Assembly (NCBI GenBank): GCA_002189035.1
Contig: NEEC01000015.1
Coordinates: forward strand, 1,302,001 to 1,366,000
Length of the DNA: 64,000 nt
Direction: 5' to 3'
Origin: Utricularia gibba
Taxonomy: Eukaryota; Plantae; Magnoliophyta
In this document: one piece after another, positions 36,129 to 50,778 of the stretch
How positions within the stretch are numbered: position 1 is the stretch's first letter
Layout: the number at the start of each line of letters is the position of its first letter
Notes under the pieces: model-generated
Database searches by the model: none
What the model saw: only the letters and a program-made list of their open reading frames with translations
What the model was told of the DNA's origin: nothing
Made by a program: the position numbers and the translations under genes

Positions 36129-39100
36129 CTACATGGAGTCGCCTGAGGGGCTGTCGAGGGAGTCTCCGGTGTAGGAGCCGTCCGGCAGCCGAATGAATAT
36201 GTTCATGTTACCAGAAGGGAATGTTTCCTAAACCCCCCACCACAGAATGCATCAATCAGATGATGTACTTGACAACAAGCAAGGTAGAAAGCCAGAATTT
36301 GAAACAATGAATATACCATGTCACTAGCATCTTGACCCTCTGATTGGAATAGAATCGGCCGGCATCGCTTGTCTTCATTCATTAGGCTTGAGTTCTGGAA
36401 ATGGGAGATGAGGGCGGCCTTTCCCTGTATTCTAGCGTATGCCAATGAGGCTACTTTTTCACTGTTAAATTTCTCCCATTTCTTTCCATTGAATGCCTGC
36501 AGGAGATGTAAACCTTGTGTCAACTGGGAAGACGAGTGTGGTATATAAATCGCGCATGGCAGGCATTTGTACCTCGTGAAAGGTGATGATGTGAGAAGGA
36601 GAGACCATGTTGATGAAGGCATATCCAACATTGCACTTATTCTGGACATTATGAAAAGTGCGCAATTTACTTCCAGAAAAGGAACACTTCAGCCAGGGGA
36701 TATGGGATTACCTTAAAATCAATAGGCAAGTACAGAAAATCATATGCACCGCTGTGAGTTTCATCAATGGCCGCAAGAAGCATCTTGGAAGTGTACCTGC
36801 AATGGTGGGAAAAAACAAATATGGTCAGAATGTAAATAGCAAGGAGAGATGACTGATCAAATGTTACTTGTTCGGAATGTTTTTGATCATCAATGTGGTC
36901 CTGTTATCTTCGCCATTAGTGATCTTCTCCAAGTCAAGTTGATACTGCCTCTTGTTATCCATTTGACTTCCGGCATCAACTCTTCTACTCTGATTGCGGT
37001 CAACTATTCCATCATTGATTAATCCTCCCATGCCCAAAAAGGAGCGATTACCATAGTACATCGGCATGTTTCTTGAAATAGGCATCATTCGTGAACTAGG
37101 GGAACCATTTTCCAGGAAGTTCCCAGCAAAAGCTACTCCCATATTCACAGGACTGGTGACACCGATATTCACTGCCCTGCCAACACCATGGCCAATATTT
37201 GTAATTCCAAGTGATGCTTGGTTCATGTAGGATGTCTCGGGTGACTCGGGGAAAAAGCCAAAATGTCTTTCTAGTGGAATCCCAGATGGAGCAGAGCCTA
37301 CGTGATGAGAGCCAAGGATCGAACCATGCTGATTTGTGGTTGGAAAACGAATTCCTTGCTGTCCAGAAGGGAACGTTCGTCCCTTGAGTGAAGATGACCA
37401 TGACGAGGTAGACATCTGCTCTGAGTTAACTGCAGGGCTACCCCAGAGAAACTGATGGCCAGATAGTGTACCAACACTGGAGGATTTCGAATCACCAAAT
37501 GATGACACAGGTGCAGGACTTGAACTTAGCTTCGTATCAAGAACAGGAAAATGCTGCTGATAGGCTGATCCATACGTGGCACCAACTACCGGAACAACAG
37601 GAGTTTTTCTCGTGGAATCTTTCCCTATTGGCGAGCTCTTTATAGGGCTTGATGATTGCAAAGAAAGAACTGAGGCCAAACCAGCTAAGTTGTTAGCTCC
37701 AACAGGGCTGAAGCCTCTTAAATTGGGTGAATGGTTATAACCATGCAAGGAATTTTGGTCAACTGGGCTGCCGAATGTTGGCCAAGTACCTGCAAACAAT
37801 ACACCAACAACTTCAAATTATACTCTCTATGATGTCATGATAATATGATCAAATAAGCATCCCATCGTAAAGTTACCTGGAGGAGAATTAGCAATAGGAG
37901 AACCAACTAAATGCCGCATAACTCGAGTCTCATCTTGCTCTTGGTCTTGACTCAGTTGCTGCATTAGACTGTAAATTGACAACACACTCAAATCATTTCT
38001 TTTTCATTGCAAATGAATTTAGACTACACATAAATGCATAGGGCCACTATTAAACAATATTTTGAATCTCAAATGGCAGTAGTAAATAAATTAAAAAGCT
38101 TATATGAATAAATGTAAGTTGTCACTGGCAGTTGTACAAGATTATCATAAAAAAACTGACACAGCAGCAAACTTATAGCCAAGTTTGACACATTTCTTAA
38201 GAACAAAACCAATACCTTCTACGTGAACCACCTGGGCGGCTGGGTTCAAGCTTTATGCGCTTCCCAGCTATGTCACTCCTATTTAATGCCTTGAGAGCAG
38301 CCTCAGCAGCTCGGACATCATAAAATTCAATGAATTTATGATGCCGTTTATGAGGAGTTTCCCTTATCTGCATTAAACACCGAAAATTCATAATGCTACA
38401 TGGAACATGGGGAACTAAAGTGCAATAGAACATAAGAACACAAACGCTTTACCTCTTTCACTTCACCATAGGTGCCAAATATCTTTATCAAATCATCATT
38501 CGACACAGAAGGATCCAGATTGAAGACTACCAAAGTTCCCTGGTTGATATCTTTTTCGGATGGGTTATCCTGTGGACAGGGAAAAAAAATGCTTTCCATC
38601 AAGATGATCCATCAAGTAAACTAAAAAACCAAAAGATAAGAACCTTTGGAATAGAAAAGTGAATATCAAGTTTCCTTCGTCTCAAGGGCTTATTCTGTAA
38701 TGCGCGCATTGCTGTACGGGCAGCTCTTATATCATAGTAGGATATCATTACAAATCCTCGATGCTTACATGCTGTATACAAAGTCCTTATGTCTCCATAT
38801 TGCTATTACCAGGAGACAAGAGAAAGTTGAGCAACAAATTAGTGTCCAGAATCCTGAAAGTACCACCAAGATATATAGACCACGGAAAATCTTCTTGAAT
38901 CAAGAAGACATTTAAAGTAATAAACTTGCGGATTTAGGATGCTGAATCACATGAAGATTACCTCAAAAAGAGACTTCAGCTCTGAGTCCTCGACGTTGCT
39001 GTTGATGTTTCTCACGAATAATGTCCTGGAGGGGTGCTCACCATATGGATGTTCACCACTGACAGTTCCAACACCATTTGCAAAACCATAAGGAGACATT

Positions 39101-39757
39101 GATCCGACACTTGCGCCATCAGAAGCAATTAATCTTGAGGTGCCAGCGCCAATGGAAGAATTCTCATAATTTTCAGAGTCAATTTCAATTCCATTTCCAA
39201 AAAAATCATCATCCAAGTCCTCAAGTTGCGTCGGCAACTCACTAAGATCAAAATCATCCATAAGACCAGCCAAAAGTTCATCTTCATCACCTGGAAGAAG
39301 CTTTCCTAATGTGCTTGCTTCGACCTCTTCGAATGGATCCTTTAATTCATCTGCTAGTTTTAGTTTATCAAGACTCGGCAATGCATCAACTTTTTCGAGC
39401 TCATTAAAATCAACTGCAACAAGAAATGAAGATCACAAACACTTACAAAAAATCATTTCCGTCAGATTCACATAATAGAAACTCACGTTTCTCGTGGGCA
39501 GGACAGGTAATGAAGTTGAAAATAAGCTAGCATCGTCAGAGCCACGATACAATTTAGGTCCAATAGGAACTTTCCATGGAGGCTTCTCTTCCTCCAGAAA
39601 AGAATCAGCAGCTGGTTTAACGGGGCCTACAAGAGCAGACGGCAGAAAAAAAAAAAACCATTACTAGAAGTTCAAACAAAGTACCCAAAATCATTAGTGA
39701 AATAACAATTGTTTTGGGATACTGACCACGAGCAGAATTATTGAATGGCAGCTCCAT
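36129..39757 (-). CDS. AML5: MEI2-like RNA-binding protein (AML5/AML3 clade), 3 RRMs, about 12 coding exons; apparent -1 frameshift at 39496-39498
   Basis: DASLFSTSLPVLP(H)EKL, GEHPYGEHPSRTLFVRNINSNVEDSEL, CKHRGFVMISYYDIR, NQGTLVVFNLD, RRM3 RTTLMIKNIPNKYTSKMLL...[23 protein letters not shown]...KWEKFNSEKVASLAYARIQG; last exon ETFPSG...DSM-stop at 36129. Confidence 0.9.
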
Positions 39758-42148
39758 TCAAATCAACTTCTGTCAGAACAGAAAACAAAATTGAGAACAT
39801 ATCCTTGAGTATGCAATTCCATGGTTGAAATCAAAGCAGTAAAGATAAGGCCAGAGGCCCAGAAGGAGATGGGGAAGGATTACAAAAGTAGCAGCAATAA
39901 GATTCAGATAACATAAAGGATCAATGATGAGCATTTAGTGAACCGTAACACTGATAACTTAAAGGGCATCTATTTCATCAGATCCCTGCTATGTATGGCA
40001 GGCACATTGAGACAAACAAGTTCAGCCGACAGCAATTTTCGTCCGCCCCTCCTACAACCCAAGAAACTACAAACCCAGAGTCACCGAAAACGATTCCATT
40101 AGTGTTACTTTCATTCACCAGCCTAAAGAATTAAACCCAGGTAGAATAACCCAAATCAAAGAACGAAAATACGAACACTGCAAAATAAACAACAAAATCG
40201 CAGCTTTGACCTAAAAATCATACAAATTCTAACTTTTGTGAACAAAGAACCATCTCCATCATACATGAACAGTGCGTAACAAATAAAACCCCTTCTGCCG
40301 CTAAAAGAAAAGAGAAGAAAAAAAATGTAGCGAAAACCACACCGTACCTCATCAGAAATCAGGAAAGACAACAAGGGAAAGGGAAAAAAATGGGGAATCT
40401 GGGGTTGTAGAGAGAGGAGGTCAAAGAAAAGCAAGAATCAATTTTCCAATTGAAATAACGACAACAGTTCCGTAGAAGCAGAGAAATTGTTTTCTTCCAC
40501 TCTTTCACTTCCTCCCCCCTGTACCGAAATACCAGTGAATGTTGTGTGCAGGATTCAGATCAGCGTAAAAGAATTGTACCACACAGAGAACGAAAAAAAA
40601 AAACAAAACAGAAAAGGGAAAAAATAAGGAGCGGTCTGCGGAGCACTCACGACAGAGACGACAGACACAGAGGCCCACGCTCCCAGAATGGTCCACGGGA
40701 ACCCCCACTGCGAATCATTGGAGCACGACTATCACCATGTATTTATTTATTTCCCGGTCACAATTATTGTCATCCCCGGTGCCTTGCTCCATCATCTTGC
40801 CCGGTGAAATCCTCTTCTTGCAGAAAGGCAAATGCTTACTTTCCTAAACTGCATCCTCCAAAAATCCCATCTTTTTCTCCATTTAATCCTCTCATCTAAC
40901 TGGTTTTAACCATCACACAACAAAAACCAACACACGTTTTTTCTTTGAAAAATGCTTGTCACCGAATAAATACTTGAGCTATCAAATACAATTCAATTAG
41001 AGCATTAACTTGAGCAAGACTATGACCATGTATTTATTATATCTAAATTTATATATAAATTATTATTTGATTAACAAATATATGTAATATGACTATCCCA
41101 CTCACATATTCATTTTTTAAGTATCTGAGTGATATACATAAATAAAGTAAAAAGAGTTAATTATATCTATAAATATCATTCATATATTCAGATTTCTATT
41201 TCTAATATCAAATGTTATATATAATTCGATATATACATACATAATTATATTATACTTAAGCATATTAATATTTTACTATCAAAGGACTTCTTACATGTAT
41301 ATTGAATTTAATTCAAATTGATTCTAAAATAATATCTCAAAATCAATAATTTAATCAGTTCAACAATCATCTTTTTTAAATCCACGAAAAATATGTTGAA
41401 TCCGTTTTTGAAAGACTGTTCTCGAAAACTAATTTGCTACCAAAAATGGTAACACATTTTGATCGTCAACTCCCTTTTTTAAGAAATATTGAGCCCTAAT
41501 TACAACTGTGTGTAAGCTTCCAAGGAATTAGGAATCTACTTCTGGTATATTCTCCAAAAGATGCTTTTCTCTTTTAATTTTTTTTCAGTATGTTTTTAAA
41601 TTGTTTTAATTGAAATTTCATGTCGTGGGTTTTGACTATTGAGAGAGGCTTCCGACGTGTGTCATTCACTTTCAGGATAAGAATCTCTTTATTGCAACGG
41701 CGCGAGCCTTTGACGGAGCAGAATTAATGAGGGAAAAATGCGATTAAATTACTCGAAATTATATAAAAATATCCTGAAAATAATATTTATAATAGATTCT
41801 ATATTCACATTCAATTTCTACCGAAACCCTATAAACACCTATAAATCTTCTAGGGTTTTTTTAGCTTTTATTCTCTAAGATATTAATATTTAATAAATAG
41901 TAAATGGTGTTTGGCTCATATGATGGCGGATGGGGGATGTTGTCCCTTTCATGTCTCCATCCTCCGGCTTGGAATTATTGCTGCTTCGGATTGTATTATG
42001 TTTTTTCAAGGTTCTCCATTGCTAGCACATCTCGCATCCCTTTTCTTGCTGCTTTTTAGGTCATATTATTGCAGGAAATTGGCCGCCGTGTGTCCAGTTG
42101 CTTTGTGAATTTTGAGGAGATCAATATTCACTCGCTGTGGAGTCTGAG

Positions 42149-43330
42149 ATGGGGTCACGCTTTGCGCAAGATAAGAATGATATGCGATCCACTACAGAGG
42201 AGCTGATTCTTGCGCGCCCCCAACACGAAAATAACATGTTGGCTTCTTAGTAAGGTTGGGTTTCGTTAATTTAGGAGAAACACAAGTGCCAATGATTTTT
42301 TTTCCAAGTTGTGGTTCATACGGGTGAATGTTATTCTCAGTAATCCTATTGGTTGTGTATTGGGAATGATAGTAGGAAATCATGACGCCCCTCTCCAAAA
42401 TTTTACTGGTTTACAGTTACCGTGGCTGCATTGGAAACACTGGGAATCTTCCATTGGCCATTATTGTTGGAGCAGTGTGTGATAGTGTTGACAGTTCCTT
42501 TGGTCCGTCTAGTCATATGACGACTATTACAGCTTATGTGTCTTTTACCCAATAGGTTGCTGTGCTTCTTATTTATACTCTTGTTTACCACATGATGGAG
42601 GAATATTATGAGATGGTTGAAAGTGGGGCTGCCATTGAGGCGCTGCCCCAAGTGTCCACTAACGATCTTTTGCTCGTCGAAAGCTGAGTGCACCGGAATG
42701 GAAGACAGGGTATATTGTAAAACACCTTTGATCCAATAATATTTTCTGAGGCATCAAATGTGTCCAAACACAGGAACTTTTGGGTGCACTGTATTATTTA
42801 GTCTACTTATCAGAACTGGTAACATTCCAGGTTGTGCAGAACTCTGCACATTGCCATGAAGAAGATTCCTATTCAGCACATCCTTCAACCACCAACTTTT
42901 GGCTACCTTGCTGGCTTTCCTTAATGGCATGGTTCCCTCCGAATCAAACCATTCCTGTAAGGAGATGATTTTAGCTGGAGCTACAGTATCTTTTGTGATG
43001 TTTATTCTTGTAGGAATGCTCGCAGAGAGGCTTAATGAATCCAGAATCGAGAGATCAGAACTACAGCTGGGGTGATTATTGCCAATGCAGTCAGCCATAC
43101 TAACTGCAAACCTGTAAAACTTGACCGATCAGCTTAATTCCCTTGTCCCCGATGGCGAAATCTACAGGTTTGCGCTTCTGTTGCATTACAATACACCTAG
43201 TTCCGTCTTATTGGGAGGCATTGGAAGCTTCAGGGGGCATGCTGACAGGGAGGCTTCAGCTCCTCCTGTTTTGGCAGTTTTTTTCTTTGGCGTTTTATGT
43301 CATAATTGAATTTCAAAGTTGCTGCCACGT
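42149..43330 (+). pseudogene. PILS2: PIN-LIKES 2 (PILS2)-like auxin carrier pseudogene
   Basis: Piecewise translation gives LLSKV, KLWFIRVNVILS, RPSPKFYWFTVTVAA(F)GNTGNLPLAI, AYVSFTQ*VAVLLIYTLVYHMME, LVEAE.TGMED...CKTP, PIQHILQPPT, ILAGATVSFVMFILVGMLAERLNESR, IRTTAGVIIA, YRFALLLHYNTPSSVLLGGIGSFRGHADREASALLFWQ, collinear with PILS2, but with in-frame stops (TAG at 42553) and several frameshifts and deletions. End coordinate approximate. Confidence 0.85.
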
Positions 43331-45913
43331 GTCTTTGAACGATGCTGTAAACCATTTTTTTTATTTATTGCACGACATTACCTCTGACTTTTCTTCCTCT
43401 TATTTTTAATACATTTATCATTTATAGATAAATTATGATATTGATAGTGTTTTTCACGTGTTCTTAACAAATTTATGCTACCTTTGACATGATTTTTTTT
43501 ATGTAATTAAAAAAGATATATAATATTTATAAATATTAAAATAATTATTATCTAAACAAATACAATAAGAGCTCATTTGTTATTAATTTACTCGATACGA
43601 AATATAAATATAATTAATTTACATCAAAACTAATGATTTGAAAAAAAAAATTGTAAAAAGTATTCTTTAGAAAGGATTTACCACGTGTTGAATAACAACT
43701 TTTATAACTATATCTATACATAATATTATTAAAATACTAATAACAGACAATTAAAAGTAAAACCATGATGTATGAATTTATAGTCAATAAAGTAAAATTA
43801 CATACATATGTAATCTATAAAATTAAATATAACCTTGTATTATTTAATATAAAATATTCTACCACGCGAATTTCAAAATAACTATTTTTTCCTTGGGCAT
43901 GAACCGGCCATCCCTGCGGCTCCGCTCGTGGCCCAGACCCATTACCGAAATGGGCGCCCTCTTGCAAAGAGATCCATGTGACCTGGCCTGGCCTATCGAC
44001 TCCTGAGAGGGGCACCGACATTCGCCTTGGCCTATATAACAAAACAAAAAAGTGGTAATATTCTATTTGAATGTTGCATCTTCCAGGTCATGCAATAAAA
44101 GTTGAGTAACTGATTTTGTAGGCACATACACCCAGTTCTGTAATAAATTAATTGGGTTGAAGAAGGAAGGCCCGGCGCGGCGGCACATTTGGCATGGGTT
44201 GGTTGTCTTATTGCCGATGCCCAGTGGAGAAATAAATGAATAAATCACATGGAAATTGTCCAACTCGGACAGCCTGGCAGCCACGTCCGCATTCATTTGA
44301 TGGGCATCACCCGATTTTGATTGAGGCTGCCACCACGGCCACACATCTTCAAGAACTGTGTCGGCAAATGCACGCCGGTGCAACAATTCCCTAATTATCT
44401 TCTTTTTTTTTTTTTACAATTCATATTTAAAATAATACATTTTCTTTTCTTTTCTTTCTTTTTATGGTGGAGTAATAATGTTTGGTTGAAAAAATTAAAC
44501 TAAGTTTCTACTTTGGATTAACTACCCGTGGCACCAAAACAACAAGTCTCTCGTTTTCAAAGTGTGTCACGTCCCTTTCTCCTTTTCTTTATGAATGACA
44601 ACGAGCGCCGATCAAAAGCCTGTGAAAATGTGTAACGTCTCCTTTCTCCTCACTCACTTGGCTGCCAACCGTTGGTTACACATTATTTACATGCCTTTAA
44701 TCTATGTTATTTGTTAAAAATGATTCACTTAGTCTATATTAATATAATTCATCATTTAGTAAAATTGATTTTAAAACAATGATGCATGTACACATAGAGG
44801 GTAACAAGGAGAGTTGAAATTAGAGAAAAAAAATTATGATTTAATAACGTGAACTAATTTTGTCCGATTAGGAACACAATAGATAATGATTTACATTATT
44901 TTAAATAATAAAAATAAACAATAATTATTTAGAAATCAATTATGCCATTTTAGACCTTTACGCAATTAATCCTTCTTACATCCATCTTCTAGAATTAAAT
45001 TATTTTTCGAAAATAATCAAAAACTCCTCCATTTAAAAAATGTGGAATACGATAATTAAGATGCATTCAGATGCGAGTGGTCAACGTACCATTTGAAAAG
45101 TAGACCTACTTATTTTTATTTCATGTACTATGATCAATTTTTTATATATATGATAATTATTTTTATCGTATCTAATTTTCTAATACACCTAGTGGCGAAA
45201 GGATGCCCAATTTCTGTTTTCATTAGGACAATTAAACTGCCCAAAACGTGTTATTAACATTTAGGATAGCCCGGCCTAGGCTAGGAATGTCCCAATGACG
45301 ACACAACCGTCGTGACCAACACCCCAAACGGTACGGCGACATCATCATAATTATACTAATACACCTAAACCCTGCATTGATTACGGTAATTAATTAATTA
45401 GCCTTGCAAGGTAATTTAATTTCATGGCGGTAAAAATATCATATTTTATAATTAAATTGAATTATCCAGTTGATTTATTTTTGTATAAATAATTTATGTG
45501 ATGGATTTGATTTTACGTCGTAACTTCCTTTTCCTGGAGTGGGTTAGGACGTAATTTTCACCCACCCGTCGCCCACCGTACATTTAATGTTTTTGAATAA
45601 AAAAAAGGGTAAAAATGACAAGAAAATCGTAATAATTTAATGCTATTTTTCCAATTAAGTACATGGAATATGAAGCCCATGGTAAGAGATTGGTGGGTAA
45701 GTTGGTCAAAGGGTAAAGTTGACGTGTACTTTGGGTAGGGTTCATTAAAATTGGGTTGACTCTTCACCGGGGAAAGAATTGATTCTTGATTAAAGATTTC
45801 CTCATTAAATTCATAGCCTCAATTTTCGTTAGATTTTTTTGAAAAAGGAAATGTAAAAATCTATTTTAAATTAAGAAAAGAGGCACATGCGGCTTGTTTT
45901 TATTTTCAGAGTT

Positions 45914-45945
<32 letters not shown>
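45914..45945 (+). repeat. (GA)n microsatellite at the 5' end of the MAPK gene
   Basis: AGAGAGAGAAAGAGAGAGAGAGAGAGAGAGAG, an interrupted dinucleotide run. Confidence 0.9.
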
Positions 45946-46471
45946 CTGGATTCAGCGATCTCCATTTGTAAAACCCCCAACCTTTCACCATCTGCTTTCT
46001 GTCGGTGCGAGGCGCTCTCTCCCTCCCTCCTCTCACCCAACCCCCAGCGGAAACCATTTTCGTGAGATCTGCATTTTTCTTGCGATCCCGTGTTGTTGAA
46101 TTCTGATGTGGTGCTGAGGGGGTGAATGAATGATTAGAGGAAAGAGAGAGGGGTGATTTGGGTGTTGGCGATTTTGTTTTTTGATATGGTGGTTGTGTTT
46201 GGTTTTCTTGTTCTATGATTGTCGGTCACGGGAGGAAGGGTCACAAGGGTGTATGAAGGCTTTGTTTCCCACGGTTTTTAACGACAACACGAAGAAGCGT
46301 ACGAGGTGGGATTGTTCGTTTGCTATACGGAGCCGTGCGCGATGGGGGAAATGCGGCTGAGTCTTTGACGGAATCTTTTCATCTTTAAGATTAGTTTGTT
46401 CGTCGACTTCGTTGTTTGTTAGCTATTGAGATTGCGCGGGTGGGGGGACAAATTTCACACCTTCATTGATA

Positions 46472-49376
<2,905 letters not shown>

Positions 49377-49914
49377 TACAGAACAGAACAACCGAGGTGA
49401 TGGTGGATTCGCTCAAATGAAGCTTCGCTCATGGTGTAGAGGAGGAATGAAGAGAGCAGAAGAAGAGGGGGTTGGGAGGTTTTACAGTTTTTCATTGTGA
49501 TGTTGGCTGGTCTCTTTGTTAGGAGTGAAATTAAAGAATAAACATTTATTCTCTTTCTTTGAATTTTTTTTTCTCTAAAAAGGGTGAAGAACCTCGCATA
49601 TATAAACCCAATCGTTAACGTTGCAGAAACCGTCCGATAGAAGTCGTACATTCCTGGAAGAAAGAAACCCTAATAAACTCAGTTGCTTTTCGTGAGTCTC
49701 AGCGTTGAGAGCTTCTGCTTCTGCACGCGGGGTGCGGGGATTCGTGATTCAATCTCTCGTGATCTCAGTAAATACTTTACGCCTTCATTTTTGCAGGATA
49801 GGGGATCTGATTCCGTTCTTTTTGCTTTTTAAAAAAGCCTGTGTGGATTGAAGGTAGTTTGTGTGTGCGGTTTCCATTTTCTGGTTTTCACTGTGTTTAT
49901 GCTGGATTACAGTT

Positions 49915-50778
49915 ATGGCTGATGAAGCGCTTGTTAACGGGGAGGTGTCTGATGGTCGTTCGGTGGAAATCACCGGTGGTGTGCAATCTTCGGAATTTTC
50001 TGTTTTGGATGACAAGATAGCGTCCCTAGAGCGTGAAAATGTGAAACTTGTAGGAGAAAATGAGGGGTTCAAGAAGCAAGTTGAGGAAATGGAGGTGGCT
50101 ATCAACAAGTTGAGAACTGATAATAGGGATATGAAGGTTGCAGTAGAAAAATTGGAATCAGATACACAAGGATTGAAGGATGTGGCTGCTCGTGCTGCGG
50201 AACTTGAAGCCGAGCTGTCTAGGCTACAGCATGATTTTGCTTCTGCTATGAGTGATTTAGATGAATGCACGACTGAGTCGTCTGAGTTGAAGAGGAAGCT
50301 GGAAGGTGCAAGGGAGAGGGAGCAAGAGAAAGTTTTCAAATTGGAAGCAATTGAAAAGGAGAGGGAAACCTTGTCGTCAGGTGTTATTCAGCTAGCCGCC
50401 ATTGAGAGTGCTCTAAGGGATGAGGTTTATGTGAAGGATGAAGAGGTTAAGACTTTGAAGAAGAGTATTGGGGAGATGCAGGAATTTTTACAAAGTAGAA
50501 ATAATTTGGAAAAGCTGAAATTCGAGAAGGAGAAATCTATTGATGACATGAAAGGAGAAATTAGTGCTCTAGAGAATAATCTGAAGGAAAAAGAGAAGTT
50601 GATCGATCAGTTTCAGTTCAAGCACGGAACTCTAGGGAATGGGGATTATCTAGCTGATGAGAAAAAAGGATTAGTTGGGGGTTTTGAACAGAAACACTGG
50701 ATCCTAGGAGGCTCGGTCATTGCTGCCATTGCAGTGATGGGTGCTGCATGCTACTTGCACGCTGCAAGGAAACATTGA
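49915..50778 (+). CDS. Peroxisomal and mitochondrial division factor (PMD1/PMD2)-like coiled-coil, tail-anchored protein
   Basis: Single-exon ORF; heptad-rich body with VAARAAELEAELSRLQHD and a C-terminal hydrophobic anchor (WILGGSVIAAIAVMGAACYL) followed by basic residues; first true ATG at 49915. Confidence 0.75.
   Translation: MADEALVNGEVSDGRSVEITGGVQSSEFSVLDDKIASLERENVKLVGENEGFKKQVEEMEVAINKLRTDNRDMKVAVEKLESDTQGLKDVAARAAELEAELSRLQHDFASAMSDLDECTTESSELKRKLEGAREREQEKVFKLEAIEKERETLSSGVIQLAAIESALRDEVYVKDEEVKTLKKSIGEMQEFLQSRNNLEKLKFEKEKSIDDMKGEISALENNLKEKEKLIDQFQFKHGTLGNGDYLADEKKGLVGGFEQKHWILGGSVIAAIAVMGAACYLHAARKH

Noticed and set aside
42403-43098. Minus-strand ORFs of 96 and 114 aa
   Set aside because: They are antisense to the PILS2 pseudogene; the homology is on the plus strand.
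44189-44226. GGCATGGGTTGG...TTGCCGATGCC resembling miR482/miR2118 arms
   Set aside because: About 14/22 identity at best, and the arms are too close to form a pre-miRNA.
49785-50339. 184-aa minus-strand ORF
   Set aside because: Antisense shadow of the PMD-like coiled-coil CDS.
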